64,000 nt of DNA from Bigelowiella natans CCMP2755 (taxonomy: Eukaryota > Protista > Cercozoa): assembly GCA_000320545.1 (NCBI GenBank), contig ADNK01002623.1, forward strand, positions 28,550 through 92,549, given 5' to 3'. Within the stretch, counting starts at the first letter, position 1, and every line of letters begins with the position of its first letter. This document shows, piece by piece, positions 28,030 to 41,549 of the stretch. The position numbers were made by a program, and so were the translations under genes. Under the pieces are notes generated by a model. It did not search any database. It was not told the DNA's origin and saw only the letters and a list, made by a program, of their open reading frames with translations.

Positions 28030-28813
28030 TTTTGTGAGACATTATTGAAGCTCTCTACAGCAAGCCATGATGTTTATGTGAAGTGTGCATTACATTAGTC
28101 TCAATGGATGAAGATCGATAATTAGTGTTTCCCAAAACTCAATGTGATCATGACTGCCTGCTAAGTCTGTATCACTTGTTGCAGTCCACTAGTTTCAGCG
28201 GCATTGACAACAATTGAGTGCAACTACAGAGAACATGGTGCGCATGTTCGCATCATGCATCTAATATGCTAATGATGACAATGCGTGTACGTAGCCCTAG
28301 AGCTTTCCACCGGCAAATGAGTTTTCATGTGAAATTTCGTAGAAAAATCGAAGGTTTACGCTTCTCGTTGTCCATGCAGAGATCAAAACCAAGGCACAAT
28401 TACAACATGGACGGCGCCAAACATTTCTGCGCTTGCAACGCTACGAGTAAAATGACGTTTTCCATGATGGGTTCCGGTAATTATTAATAGATGATGATGA
28501 TGATGATGAGCATAGGTGGCTTCATGCAAATATTCACAAATTCTGTGCCAAAGGAGACAATGGCATGACAAACTGCGTCGGGTTCTTGATCATTCCCACG
28601 ATAGTCTAGTAGTAAACGTTTGTACGCACACATTCAGCGACCAGTTAGCGTTGTTTACACACTGTGGTTGCATCATGAAGAGATGACAAATGAACTTAAG
28701 AGCTCAATGCCCGCCTACTTTTGGTTGCAAGTAGAAAGTGCCTCTTTCAGCGGATGCTTTAATCTGAAAATGATTACATTAGCAGTGATGAGCTAAACAG
28801 CATTTTTGGATCA

Positions 28814-28858
<45 letters not shown>

Positions 28859-28879
28859 CATGTAGACACACACATTTGT

Positions 28880-28919
<40 letters not shown>

Positions 28920-28940
28920 TAATTATTATTCATAATTTTG

Positions 28941-28989
<49 letters not shown>

Positions 28990-29039
28990 GTGTGTGTATG
29001 TATGTATGTGTGTGTGTGTGTGTGTGTGTACGTGCTTAC

Positions 29040-29687
29040 ATACCCCTGTTAATCCTGTAAGATGTTCGAGGTAGTCGTTGTCATTGACATTTGGACAGAG
29101 AACTGCTGCTTGCTCAAGGTGCTGTACCGCCTTTTCAATCTGATCACAAGAAAGAAGAAGATGATGATGCTGGTCATGATGAATTCATAACCAATTAATA
29201 GTCCCCCTCCTCCTTCCGTAGAATAATTTTACATACTGATCATAGCACCTTATTTCTGGCTAGTAGAACAGCAAGCATATTGGAATGTGCAGCACATTGC
29301 CATGATTCAGGTGAGAAAACCTCCTGGATAAAATAGTAATTTGATTGGAATACATAATCTATCTGCTTACTTCCACAATGAGCGGCATCTGCTATTACTA
29401 GCGTAGCATATTCTATTATTTATCTCGACATACTGCATATCTTAACAAGGAATAATAAAACATCAAATGCATACAATATATGATGCCGTGGAATAGTACG
29501 TGACTTGCAAATATAATATCTTTATTTTCCTTCATTCTTCAGTTAATGATGAGTACTGACCGTGTGTGCAGGGAATGTTGTTGATGCAACTCGTACTGCT
29601 TCCTGATGAAGAGGAGTAGGAAAAAGATCATGACAACGATGATGATGATGATGATCATAATGATTGATGAGAATAGTGACCTCTGAA

Positions 29688-29733
<46 letters not shown>

Positions 29734-30723
29734 CCTCACCCCCTCTCTTTTTCTCTCTTTCTCCGAGATCGTAATCTGCTATTAGTACTCTTATAATCTT
29801 CCAAGACATTACTACTACCTTAGCGGCGAAATAAACCTCTTCAATATTTCCAGTTGACATTCCTATTATTCATGTAATTTATATCATCATCATCATCATC
29901 ATCATCATCACCATCATACTGATACTACTAGTTATAGTACCTTCTATTGCTGCCCAATCGCTCGTAATTGCAGTCCATAAAACCCCACACCTGGAAGATT
30001 TAATAGAAGAGAGAGACTTGTTGTTTAGACAGATAGATCGATAGCAGTAGCCGGGTCGTTGTGTTGATCAGGATGATGGTGAGAATGCTACTTTTGATGT
30101 TGCAGCAGTATTTAGTTTCATAGAAGAGATGCTAGTAGTTGTTTGTGTTAAATATCGTCGTCGTCGTCGTCGTCGTCATCATCATCATTGTTGTTGTTGT
30201 TGGTGTGTGTGTGTGTGTGTGTGCTTCTACTACTACTACCTTGGATTATTGCGCCCACCCTCTCCCTGCTCCAAAGTCCTATCACCATAAGTAACAAGAA
30301 ACAGTAGCACCTCATAATAGTGGGAGAGAGAATAATGGAATACGTCACTATATTCATGGTACCAACAATAGTCTTTCCTAAGGAGTACTACTACTACTAC
30401 TACTACTACTACTACCATTGCTTATATGTAGCACCTGACAGCCTTCTCTGCATACTTTACTGATTTTACGTATTGATGTCGCTCACGGTAGATTGAAGAA
30501 AGATCCTTGATGATGATAATTATGATCAAGTAAGTGCACAGCAGCAGCAGCAGCAGCAGCAGCAGCAAAAGGTATTTGTATCATTGTATCGACTACTATT
30601 ACTATAACTACCATACTCTTACTATCTTAGTTGTTAGTAGTAGCAGTAGTAGTAGGAGTACGTTGTGGGAGTATTATATGGTGCGTCTACCACTGATTTG
30701 TCATCATAATCCAAATAATAGTG

Positions 30724-30759
<36 letters not shown>

Positions 30760-31423
30760 TATATAATATGTTTTTATAATTCCCCGTTATTCTAGCAACC
30801 TTAGACAAAAATTCAGGACGTATATTATCAGAGGACCATTGAAATATTATTGCCATCTTTCGTGCCACCCCCCGCCCCCCCCTCTGCCTTTCTTTTTTCT
30901 TATGATACCTCACAGAGCGCCGATACGAGCTCAATCTTTTTTTGCCCACGAATAGATCTGCATATTAGTAGTAGAAGTAGTAATAATAATAATAATTATA
31001 CAAATATGTTGTGTAGTAGCAAGTAGCTACCAGCTCTACCAAGCCTTTCCCCTCCCAATGTATGTATACTCTTCTTCTTTCTCTTCTTCCTTCTCCTCCT
31101 TGCTACAACCTGGAAGCTTCTACTAGTTCTAAACTTCTTGCAAGAACGCCAATTGCGTCTCCTGCTTTCTGTTACCATTAGTCAGAATTCAATTTCAGAG
31201 AGAGGGGGGAAGGAGAGAGAGGGGGGTTAGGCAGGTACAGCAACAGCAGGAGCAGCGAAGAAGATGATGAAGATGATGATGAAGAAGAACAAGAAGGGAG
31301 GGAGCGAAAGATGGAGATGAAGAACCATCAAAATATCATCATCATCATCATCATCATCAAAAATTAGTAGTTCCCACATTCTCTTCTTTATTTTGCATGC
31401 TTTTTTTCCCATCCTCCCTCCTA

Positions 31424-31467
<44 letters not shown>

Positions 31468-31974
31468 TGTCTTTCATTTTTTCACATGACAAAGAGGCTA
31501 ATGAGCGGATGACGACCTTACTATGTTTGTACATCCATGCTAACTCACGGCACGCATTTATGGTTCTTTCAGAATGCATTCCTGAAAAAGGAGGAGGAAG
31601 AGGAGGAGGAGGAGGAAGAAGAAGAAGAAGAAGAAGAAGAAGGGAACCATTGTACTACTGGTGACGAATAATCGACGACGACCATGGTACTACCGATTGC
31701 AAAATAATAATAAATGTGTGATGATAACTGCATCCAATTCTAATCAGCAAAGGACAGCAACACTACAGGTAACCATCATGGAAAACTGGAGACCAAATTA
31801 ATAAAATATGTCTTCTTAGTAGTAATCTCATTACTTACCATGCCCTGCTCGCAAAGTGCCAACCAACCGCAACTAGAGAGTCCAAAGGAGAGGGGAGGAA
31901 AATGGAACAATGCAACCAGGAAAAAAAGCATTAACCCTGCCTTCATTGACTTCGTTCTCTCTCTTTGTTATTCT

Positions 31975-32017
<43 letters not shown>

Positions 32018-32031
32018 ATTTTTTTATATTT

Positions 32032-32071
<40 letters not shown>

Positions 32072-32432
32072 GCCCATAGAAGTACGAAATGTATTCAGTG
32101 CAAAATGTTGATACACACATACAAACACACACACACGCACACACACACACACACACACACTCTTCAAGAAGTGATACATAATAAGGACTACTACTACCTG
32201 TGTAGCTTCTGCCTCATCGTGAAATCCTGTCCTACGCTTTAATTGAGCAAGGCCCTCTAGAATATTATCGACATCATCATCATCAACAACAACAACAACA
32301 ACAACAACGTACTAAAGAGGAAGAAGAATATTATCGACAACATCATCATCATCAACAACAACAAAGTACTAAAGAGGAAGCAGAATAAGAGCAGTGAAGG
32401 TATATAGTATGCAGTGGCAAAGTGGAAGTAGT

Positions 32433-32464
<32 letters not shown>

Positions 32465-33591
32465 TAGTAGTAGTAGACGTGTGTGGAATAAACAGTGATG
32501 TAATTGGTAGGGGTTGATTACTAGTGCTGTTTTTGGTATAAATATGCGTCGTCATCGTCGTCGTCTTCTACTACCTAAAGCTCTTATAAGAGTCGCCAAC
32601 TCCACTGATTTCGGCTTGGGCAGTACATATTGTAAACTATGCTCCGTGCTTACAGAAATGGGAGGAGGGTACCAAGCCGCCTAGTGATCAGAAGGACAAC
32701 CATAATGACGATCATGACGCATTAGATTAAGTTGTAATAAGGATGATGAGATATTGGCTTGCATAAATGCAAGAATAAGGGAGAGCAAAGCAGTAGAAGA
32801 AGAAAAGCAAAAAAGCTTCATTGCTGCAATAAGACCACCGTGATATCCTCTGAGAGCCACTTCGTATCACCAAATCCATCTTTTTTTTTGTCTTCTTTGT
32901 TAACATCAGAGATGTCGTCGCTTCTATTCTCTCCTTCTCGTACTGACTCTGCTACTATGGCTGCATCGTGCTCCTTCGCCAAAGCAGTATCCAATATCTT
33001 GATTGCTTCAAGATATTTCTCTTCAGAAATGCGCAATGCTTTGTTCCTGTACAAAGTAGTAAAACATTGCACGTATTTGTAAAAGTGCACAATGCTTGTT
33101 CCTGTACAAAGTTAAAATATTGCACTCATTTGTTAGGGGAAAAACATATCATTGTAACACCGGTTTTTAATTTTGGCTAACCTCTCATTTTCTGTCGATG
33201 CCCTTTCTATTTTCTCCTCCATGCATCTTGCCTCATCTACTAGTTGAGCTGCGACAGAAGTGGGGGCCTTTGTTGTCACGTAGGTGTAAACATACACACC
33301 GGCAGCCAAGGTTGCGGCATACACAGCCACCACCTTCATCTGTGGTAATCACATTCACATCACAAAGATATATTGGACATATCTGTGTATTACCTGACCC
33401 CATTTACTCTCAGGTCTTTTCGGCTTGTAGATAGTGCTCAGTCCCCCCCCATGTAAACGTCTTGGGCGGCGAGCATGAGCATGCTCTCGACGGCCACACG
33501 TACGACTAGCACGTTGAATATTCATCCCGGTGTTGGCGCAGGAGTTGACGAGCGTGTTGAGGGTAGCGTGGATGCCATTCCTCGTGATCAT
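29040..33591 (-). CDS. TPR-like helical-repeat protein with basic N-terminal presequence and one TM segment
   Basis: Exons encode KYLEAIKILDTAL, ERTINACRELAWMYK, DLSSIYRERHQYVKSVKYAEKAV, EKAVQHLEQAAVLCP; Arg-rich N-terminus then VVAVYAATLAAGVYVYTYV; 3' end approximate. Confidence 0.55.
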
Positions 33592-33867
33592 CGTCGTACT
33601 TCTGCCCTTCAATTGGGAAGGGAAACGTGTGGTTGTGGAAATGTGTGACTATGATTTGGACATAAATTCGATGTTTTCAGCATAGAAATTTTCCTAAAAT
33701 AGAAGTCATTCCATTTTGTGTGTGCATCTTCTCAATGTCACTGAATTCAAGGCAGTGTTGATAATTTCGTCGATATTGCCAGCTTGAAATTTTATCCAAA
33801 TGTGTGAACATTGTTGGAAGCTGTCGTTGCAACATTTTGCAGTCCATCATGAAGTTCATTGTTCATA

Positions 33868-34900
33868 GTTCATTGACAGACTGCGTTTCGCACACTGCAA
33901 ATGTCTTGCAACACTTTGGAAACGCAAGTCATCATCATTGTTCATTGTTCATTGTTCATTGCCGTGCTCTGAGTGGGACACTTGAGTGAGATGAAGTCAA
34001 TTGGATGAAGTGATCTGAATCATCACCTGAACGCTTGTGATGTCACCTGGAGGAAGTCCAGTTTGACGCTTTGGAAGTCGGACTCGTGCAACCACTGACT
34101 GTTCAGTTTCTGTGCCAGTGTGGTGCACGCTTTGCGCACGGTTTTTTGCTCGGTCATTGGAAGTTCGTTGGGACATTGGGACAGAACTGTGAAATTGAAC
34201 ACCTTGATCGCTGGATCGTTCTGCACTTGAACCCAGAAACGTGGTGGGTGATGCGATGATCGTTAGGTCGAGCCAGCACAATGGACACAGCAATGCACCA
34301 TGTGTGTTGCATGTCCATCATCAGCTAGCCAGCGAGGTCCAGAACGTGCAATGTGCGTGCGTGCACGACTGCACACTGGCTCGTGGGATCTTGCGTGCGT
34401 TTGCACGTGTGTGCAGTCGTGCAGCGGCCATGCAGCTCAGTGGCCCATCGTGGTTCTCGCAACACTTCACACCAGACTTGTTGCCAAACCTGCTAGCCTG
34501 CTGGCCTGTCGGATGCGTGCTGGCGTGGTGCATCGTCATGCGCGCGAACGCATGGATGCATCGGATCGAAGGTCTGTTCATTGCATGCTCTGGTCTGGTG
34601 GTGCTGGCTGCGTCACACGTCTAGCCTGTAGCTGCAGATGTCGATCATGTCATCATTGTTGATCGCCATGCTGGCGTGCGACCACTCATTTCGATCGTGT
34701 GCAGCATGCCTGTGATGGGCATGCATGCAACACGATGTGCATGCCATGCATGACATTGCTCTGTCTGTCATGAGCATCGGATGCTCATGATGGACATCTG
34801 ATGTAACACACATGCCATGCATGACATCACTGTGTCCATCGGAGCCTGGGTGCACAATGGACACACTCACCGCGTGCACGCGTGCGCACACATTGCAGAC
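33868..34900. other. TpA-depleted, TpG/CpA-rich island (putative hypermutated repeat relic)
   Basis: Manual count: 6 TA in ~1030 bp (TTAG, CTAG x3, GTAG, GTAA); none at 33868-34263; CpG abundant. Confidence 0.9.
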
Positions 34901-35314
34901 AATGTACATGTATGTGCACATCTAGACATGCACAATGCATGCATGACACACGCACATAGCATACCGCCTGTGTCTATGGTTTGCCATGACTACTGCGCCT
35001 GTTTGTTTTGCTGTCGCATGATTTGATGGCAATGATAGGCACAGTAATATTGTGCATGCTACATTACTACACATCACTAGATCATATTACGTATGTCTAT
35101 GATAAACATGTATACTGTGTATCTATTATATTACGCATGTCTATGACGGCAGCGCAGCGGCTCTGGCGGCGGATGGGTCATTGTGTAAGTTGTGTGTTAT
35201 TCATTTGTGAACTAACGGAGCATAGAAATCATTTGGCACATCATGCGTACCCATCAGAGCAGAGATAATCGTATTGCTGACAACTAACACGCCACACTCA
35301 AATATTTCTATAAT

Positions 35315-36685
35315 TCAATCATCGTATATCGTGAACGAATCTAGATGCTGCAGTAAGGAACGAAACGATTTTGCTACTGTTTCCAGCTGCATTGCGGATG
35401 ATGATGAGGATGGGGTCATTTCTGCGAGAGGAAGAGATGCAACCTTTTGGAAAGCTCCAATATTTTCATTTAACCCTCTAACGACATTAATAGCCTTGTT
35501 CATATCGGTTCTTAGAAAGTTTACAGCAAACTCCTCTTTGGCAGAAGCATCCATGCTCTCTGCATCCCGCAGCTTCAGAACGTGTTCTTCGGAAATGTAG
35601 TCATTCATATTGAAAATCCTCTTTTCGTTCAGACGACCACCAATGCCCTCATCCCCCCAAAATATCGGAATGCTACCTGCCGCTGCTGCTAATACAATGT
35701 GCTCAGAAAACCAACCTTCCACCTGTGCCGTCTCAAAGCTTACTACGAACCGATATTTTGAGTAAGTCTTCAGGGCATGCACGTACGTGTTATTTCGCTG
35801 TCCAGGTGTGCACATCTGAGGGACCTCTGCCTCTCGCTGGCAATCACCGATGATGTCACATTTCTTGTATTTCTCTTCCAAAATTGATAGAAAAGCCCAC
35901 AATATCAAACCATCCCCTGCCATCGGATGTGCACGGCACGGATTGCACAATAAGACACAGAAATTCCTCTCAGATATGTCCTCTAATGATGTGGTAGAGG
36001 TTCTCATCATTGCCATCGTCCTCTCTAGGTCGAAGCCTGCGGAGATGAGATTCAAGAGCGCGTACGGTAGATACAGAGATGGGCATCCGTAGTAGGGGTG
36101 ACCAAGTTTCGTATCAAGCATTACATCAAGATTCTGGCAGTCTCCCCTATTCCAAGGATCAGTGTTAAGACCGACGAGTAGGGGACGGCCACGTGTGTGC
36201 TTGATGAAGGACATATCATCCGGATAATGCACACCGTCTACCCACGTGTCAGTATCCTCGCTTCGAACCCCGATTGGCAAGCCAAATTCGGGAGGCTTTA
36301 CTATTCTCGTCATTAAGGCGCTGTGTGCGTATGATCCGGAAAGGCAGAATATGATATCGGGGAATGGCAGATCGTCTGTCAACGGTAAGCCGTCACCGGT
36401 TAGATTTACCCATCTTACCCATTTATTGGGCAAAGCTAGGTCTACAAGAGCTGTCGCAAATGTCTTATCTGCTGTATACGATGCCAACTCGGTTTCATCC
36501 CAAGGAGAACACGTTCCAACGGAGATGGGAGAACCGTGTCGATTGTGCTGACGTCGAGCCAGGGTATGGTCACCCTTGATTTGTTGGCGATGACTTTGTG
36601 GATGGTTGTGCGCAATGTGGAAGCGAACAAAACCAGCTCCAAGTAGAAGACCGAAAAGAAGGCCTAAAACATGTCTCAATCGCAT
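35315..36685 (-). CDS. Alpha-1,3/4-fucosyltransferase-like protein (GT10), one long coding exon
   Basis: Type II TM (VLGLLFGLLLGAGFV) and GT10-like motif YSKYRFVVSFETAQVEGWFSEHIVLAAAAGSIPIFWG; first ATG in the ORF at 36685. Confidence 0.75.
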   Translation of the reverse strand: MRLRHVLGLLFGLLLGAGFVRFHIAHNHPQSHRQQIKGDHTLARRQHNRHGSPISVGTCSPWDETELASYTADKTFATALVDLALPNKWVRWVNLTGDGLPLTDDLPFPDIIFCLSGSYAHSALMTRIVKPPEFGLPIGVRSEDTDTWVDGVHYPDDMSFIKHTRGRPLLVGLNTDPWNRGDCQNLDVMLDTKLGHPYYGCPSLYLPYALLNLISAGFDLERTMAMMRTSTTSLEDISERNFCVLLCNPCRAHPMAGDGLILWAFLSILEEKYKKCDIIGDCQREAEVPQMCTPGQRNNTYVHALKTYSKYRFVVSFETAQVEGWFSEHIVLAAAAGSIPIFWGDEGIGGRLNEKRIFNMNDYISEEHVLKLRDAESMDASAKEEFAVNFLRTDMNKAINVVRGLNENIGAFQKVASLPLAEMTPSSSSSAMQLETVAKSFRSLLQHLDSFTIYDD

Positions 36686-37358
36686 CTGCCAATGTGCTGG
36701 TTTATAAAACAAATAAATCTGCTGTAAATCTGCTACTCAGCCCTCAGATGATGAGGGGGCCAGCCTTCGCCATCTGGGTATTGTTATACGTGGGTTCTTT
36801 TCCTTTTTCGTGTACTCTGAATGATCTTTTCTATTGAGGAGGAGGGCTTGGATTTTGTGTTCTTCTTCGTTGGGCTTAGTACTACTCAACTAACAGTCAA
36901 CAATATGATTCATTATTCTCTCTCTCTCTCTCTCTCTCCCTCTCCTCATACTCTCATACTACTGAGGACTGCAAATGCAGCAGAATCGGCGAAGAGAACA
37001 GTAAATTTATATAAGTTTATGTAACTCTAGCTAAGACTCTTACTACTGGATGTCGTAGGTATGAAACCACGAGCGTTCACACACAAACGACATACAAATG
37101 ATCACTATGTCGCAATTATCAAAACGCAGGTAATCACAAAGAAGCGACATGGAAACTATGCTCCTAACATCGTAAGTTTTAGATCCAATTCCGAAAATTC
37201 TTCCCCTCCTCCCTTGTCCCTTCTCATGATGCTGCACAGCTGATGTTGATGATGATGGTGATTATGGTAATGATAAATGGCGAGGAGGAAAATACTAACT
37301 GGGACTTGACCAGAAGCAGAAGCAGAAAAGCCACCTTGATCGAGGCTGCTGCTGCCTG

Positions 37359-38035
37359 ATGTACCTTCATCAAACAAGACACCGGAGAAGTACGACGAAA
37401 AGAGGATGCAGTAACCAGGCGTTCAACTTAAACCTTATACTACTCGGGGCTGCACTTCTATGCTTTAGTGTAGGAGAAGAACGTTGCAGTTACTGCAATG
37501 GAAACCCTTCAAGAATCGTTTCGTCTATGATACCGATGAAAAGGATGGCAACTATGCAGGTAATTTTGCTGCTTTAGTTATTCTGTAGATGCGTCTGAAA
37601 ATGAAAGTCTTCTATATAACTCATAGTATGATCCTCATCCTGGCTCGGTGGAGAAAGAAGTAATCTCATACTTTGCATCGAAAAATAGGGATCCCTTTTT
37701 GTTTCCGTACAGCTAATGTTTGTTGCTTAGTCACACTCGTAGTAACATTCTAAGCAGCTAGCTGTACCATCATCCATTTTGTATCATCTTTGCCATCATA
37801 AATCAGTTTCCATTACCGCGTCCTTCAGAACCGACTGAAATTGGTAAATATTGACTAATTGCACGCCTAAGTTAGAAAATGGGTTCGTCATAACCATCAT
37901 ACCACAGTCATCATCATCATTATTATTATCATCATCGTCGTCGTCATGATTGTATAGGATACCAGCGAATCTACAGCGGCGAGTTACCTATGGCAGAGTT
38001 CACGGTAGTAGCGGTAGCGTCGTAGTAGTAGTTGC

Positions 38036-38067
<32 letters not shown>

Positions 38068-38868
38068 CGGTGGTAAAACCATGATGACTGTAAGAAGCTG
38101 GAGAATATGCAAACCTTATAATGTATTTTTAATTTGCCATTATTATTATAATTATTATTATTACTATTATTATTGTTATCTGTTCTTCCATTAGTAACTT
38201 ATTCGATTATATGTACTTGCTGCTGCCGTGATTAGTATTCCGTGGATACGAACGCCAGCGACTCCGCAACTTCTGCATTGTTCACGGGAGATCCCTTACC
38301 AGAAAATCCCTTTAGCTACTACCCGGGGGGCAGTATATCAGATGAAGGAGGGAAGTTGAAGATTCCAATAGACTCAGAAGAATCTATACAAGGGGCAGAC
38401 CTGTATAAAGTTATGGATAATCGGTACTATACTAGGTAGTAGTAGTAGTAGCGGTAGTAATAACAGTATGGTCGTGGTGGTAGTTTGCACTGCTATTATC
38501 ACAATTATTATTGTTAATGATAATATGTATTTTGCACCAAAAAATAGGCATATTCCAAGGAGATCGCCCTACTACAATCTATGCTACGTAAGTTTCTACT
38601 AAATCGAATTATCACCTATGAATGCTACGTAAGTTTCTACTACATCGAATTATCACCAATGAATGCTATCATTTTGTTAATGTATTCTGAATATTCATTT
38701 TATCAGCAAGAAATGTTTGAAGATAGCTCTGATGCTGATGATGATGATGATGATGCTACCAAGACGGGCTTCGTAAATGTAACAACAACGGGTGTGTATA
38801 TTATGTACGAACGAAGCGAATGAGTAGCAGCAGCAGTATTATCATTATTATTATTATTATTATTATTT

Positions 38869-38900
<32 letters not shown>

Positions 38901-41439
38901 TAGCGGTTTTCAAAGAAAAAAATAGGTGTTAGAAATGCGTGTTTTCTTTTTTATGACCTCACTATTATGAGAGTTCCGTGTAGGATACTGTTGGCGCTCA
39001 CTGTCTTCCTTCGATCCAATGCATTGATCATTATTCTCCCAGTCAATATCATCACCATCATCATAATCACAATGACCATCCCTTCCACGAATCAGCTGTG
39101 CAACGAAGACATCTCATTGACCGGAAACACTATCTCGAGCAGAACAAAGTAATTTGAGGAGGGAGGGGGAGACTAACCCACTGGTTCAAGCCATTGACAG
39201 AAACAACAATAAGAGAGTATTTGTAGGGTTACTACTACTACTACTACTACTAGAAATGATATGTGATGTTTCTGATCACTGTAATCATGGATATAAGTCA
39301 TCAAAAATAGAATTATTCGTACCTTCTCTCATATCAACAATGTCTTATCATCATCATTACCATTAGAGAAACTTTGAAGAAATAAAGCAGATAGCCTTCA
39401 TTCGCAAATTAAATGAATCACAAATGGTAATATATCATTATGACAATCAATCCTGATTAGAGACATTATCATCATCATCATCATCAATGTCGTTAGATGT
39501 GAATATAAATAAACAAAAATGCTGTTATTCATGAAAGAATAACAAGGAAAGATAACAACGGATATAATAATAAGAAGATCATAATGATTTAGCAGGGAGA
39601 TTATGATGATATTCTGAGAAGAGAATATACTAGTATATGGTTATTGAAATATATATATGTGTGTGTATGTGTCTGTGTGTGTAACACTTTACTCAAGATA
39701 CATTGTGCTAATGTATATATGTATATATCTAATTGCGAGATCACTCTAATATCACTACTGCTACTACTTACTACTGTAATCGTTGTTTGTCTCATCAACA
39801 ATACCCCACCCGTTTTGTCATAATCGTCATCATCATCCACCATTATCATAGTTTTGGTCGCATAAAATTAGAAATTCTTGACGAACACTTACTTAAGGCA
39901 CTTTGCACTCGGTGCTACTACTACCACTACCACTACCACTACCACTACCACTACCACTACTAGATAGTAAAATGAGTCATATTAGTAGTAGTTGTAGCCA
40001 AAATATTTATTTTTGAACAACGTGTTAATCTAGTGTAATTCTAATACATGTTGTGCTGCTGTTGGAATATACACGATTTTTTGTCCTCTCTCTCCTCCTC
40101 TTCTTTATTTCCTCCTTCCCTCCCCCTCCTTGAACTTCTTTTTCAAATATATGATTTGATCTAATTGTGTTCTTCTTTATTATTGGTCATTACAATAATA
40201 ATATATAATCTACTTACTACAGGATATGATGCTCTCACCAGCAAATCCACCCAGATTCTGACTGCTAGGTAGGTTGATTTGGGACTACATTTAATTATTA
40301 TTTCTTTCTTCCTGCTTGTTTACCTACTGGCTGCCTGATGCTAATCCTCTTGAAGAAGAAGAAGAAGAAGAATGAATGAATGAATGAATGAAGAACAAAA
40401 AAGAGAAACATACCATACACGATGTTGACAATAATAATAACGGTTAGTATGAAATAAAGGAGGGATTGGGTTGAGCATTTTTTTTCACTCGATTCTTTTC
40501 TAGTAAATTGGAGAGTAGTAGTATCAGGACTCGAAAAGAATAAAACAAACGACTAGACGACGACGTGGGCGAAAATACTACTACTACTACTACTACTACT
40601 ACTACAACTACAACTACTACTACTACTACTACTCCTAATATGTGGTCTTTTTATCTTCTTCTTTACGTGGTTGTATTGTATTGATTTAAGGCTAAAATTA
40701 AGCACTTCACAACTGGAAAACTGCACAGCATTCTACAAGAAACAATACGAGGTAATGTCGTCAACGCTTGAAAACCCTAGCATATCTGCTGAATAGTGCG
40801 TCATAGTAATCTATGGCTATTATTTAATGTGTCATAGTAATACCAGGAATGTAGTATAAAGTTGTTGGTGGTGCTGTAAAATGATATTGTTAGTATCTTC
40901 TCATGGCCCTTGGAGATGATAATGATATGGGTAGTAGTATTAGCAAGAAAAGTAAGGAGAAAGGAGACCATGATCAACTTCATCAAATACAAACAATTGG
41001 TACATAATTCCTCATCACTACTACTGCTACTGCAACTGCTATACTACACACCATAATATATATTTCTAGTATGAATAATAGTGCTGCTTGCCACCACATA
41101 TTGGAAATGGTTGATTTTCACGACAAATAACCAAGTATCATTTACCACACCACCTCTCTTTTCTTTCTACTATGTCGTCTTTGTTTAAGCAGAGCAGGGA
41201 ATCGGACAGGGAGAGATTGCAGATATAACTCATCAAGGAAAACAACAAAAGAAAAGAGAAGACGAGAAGGAGGAGGAGGAGAAGCAGAAAAATGATCATA
41301 GTTCCTCCGCCGGTAGGCTTTATTATTACAACTATTGCTCTCCTTGCCATTACGAGAGAAGGATATCATAAAGCAGTAGTAGCATTTGTCGGTGTATATT
41401 TTCGAAATAGATTATGTTTTCCCTTTGCATGTTCAATAC

Positions 41440-41472
<33 letters not shown>

Positions 41473-41502
41473 ACAAACACATACACACACACACACACAC
41501 AC

Positions 41503-41549
<47 letters not shown>

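Noticed and set aside
33868-34900. CpG methylation decay or classical RIP as cause of the TG/CA excess
   Set aside because: CpG is plentiful and TpA is the missing dinucleotide; RIP would increase TpA
34915-34929. tgcacatctagacat motif repeated at 44368-44382 and, in part, inverted at 44739-44751
   Set aside because: May arise convergently from reduced sequence complexity around protected CTAG; too short to call an element
33997-35026. Dense overlapping ORFs on both strands rich in C/H/M/A/V (also 18830-19312, 43505-44531, 62449-63687)
   Set aside because: By-product of TA loss, which removes TAA/TAG stops and Tyr codons; no domain motifs
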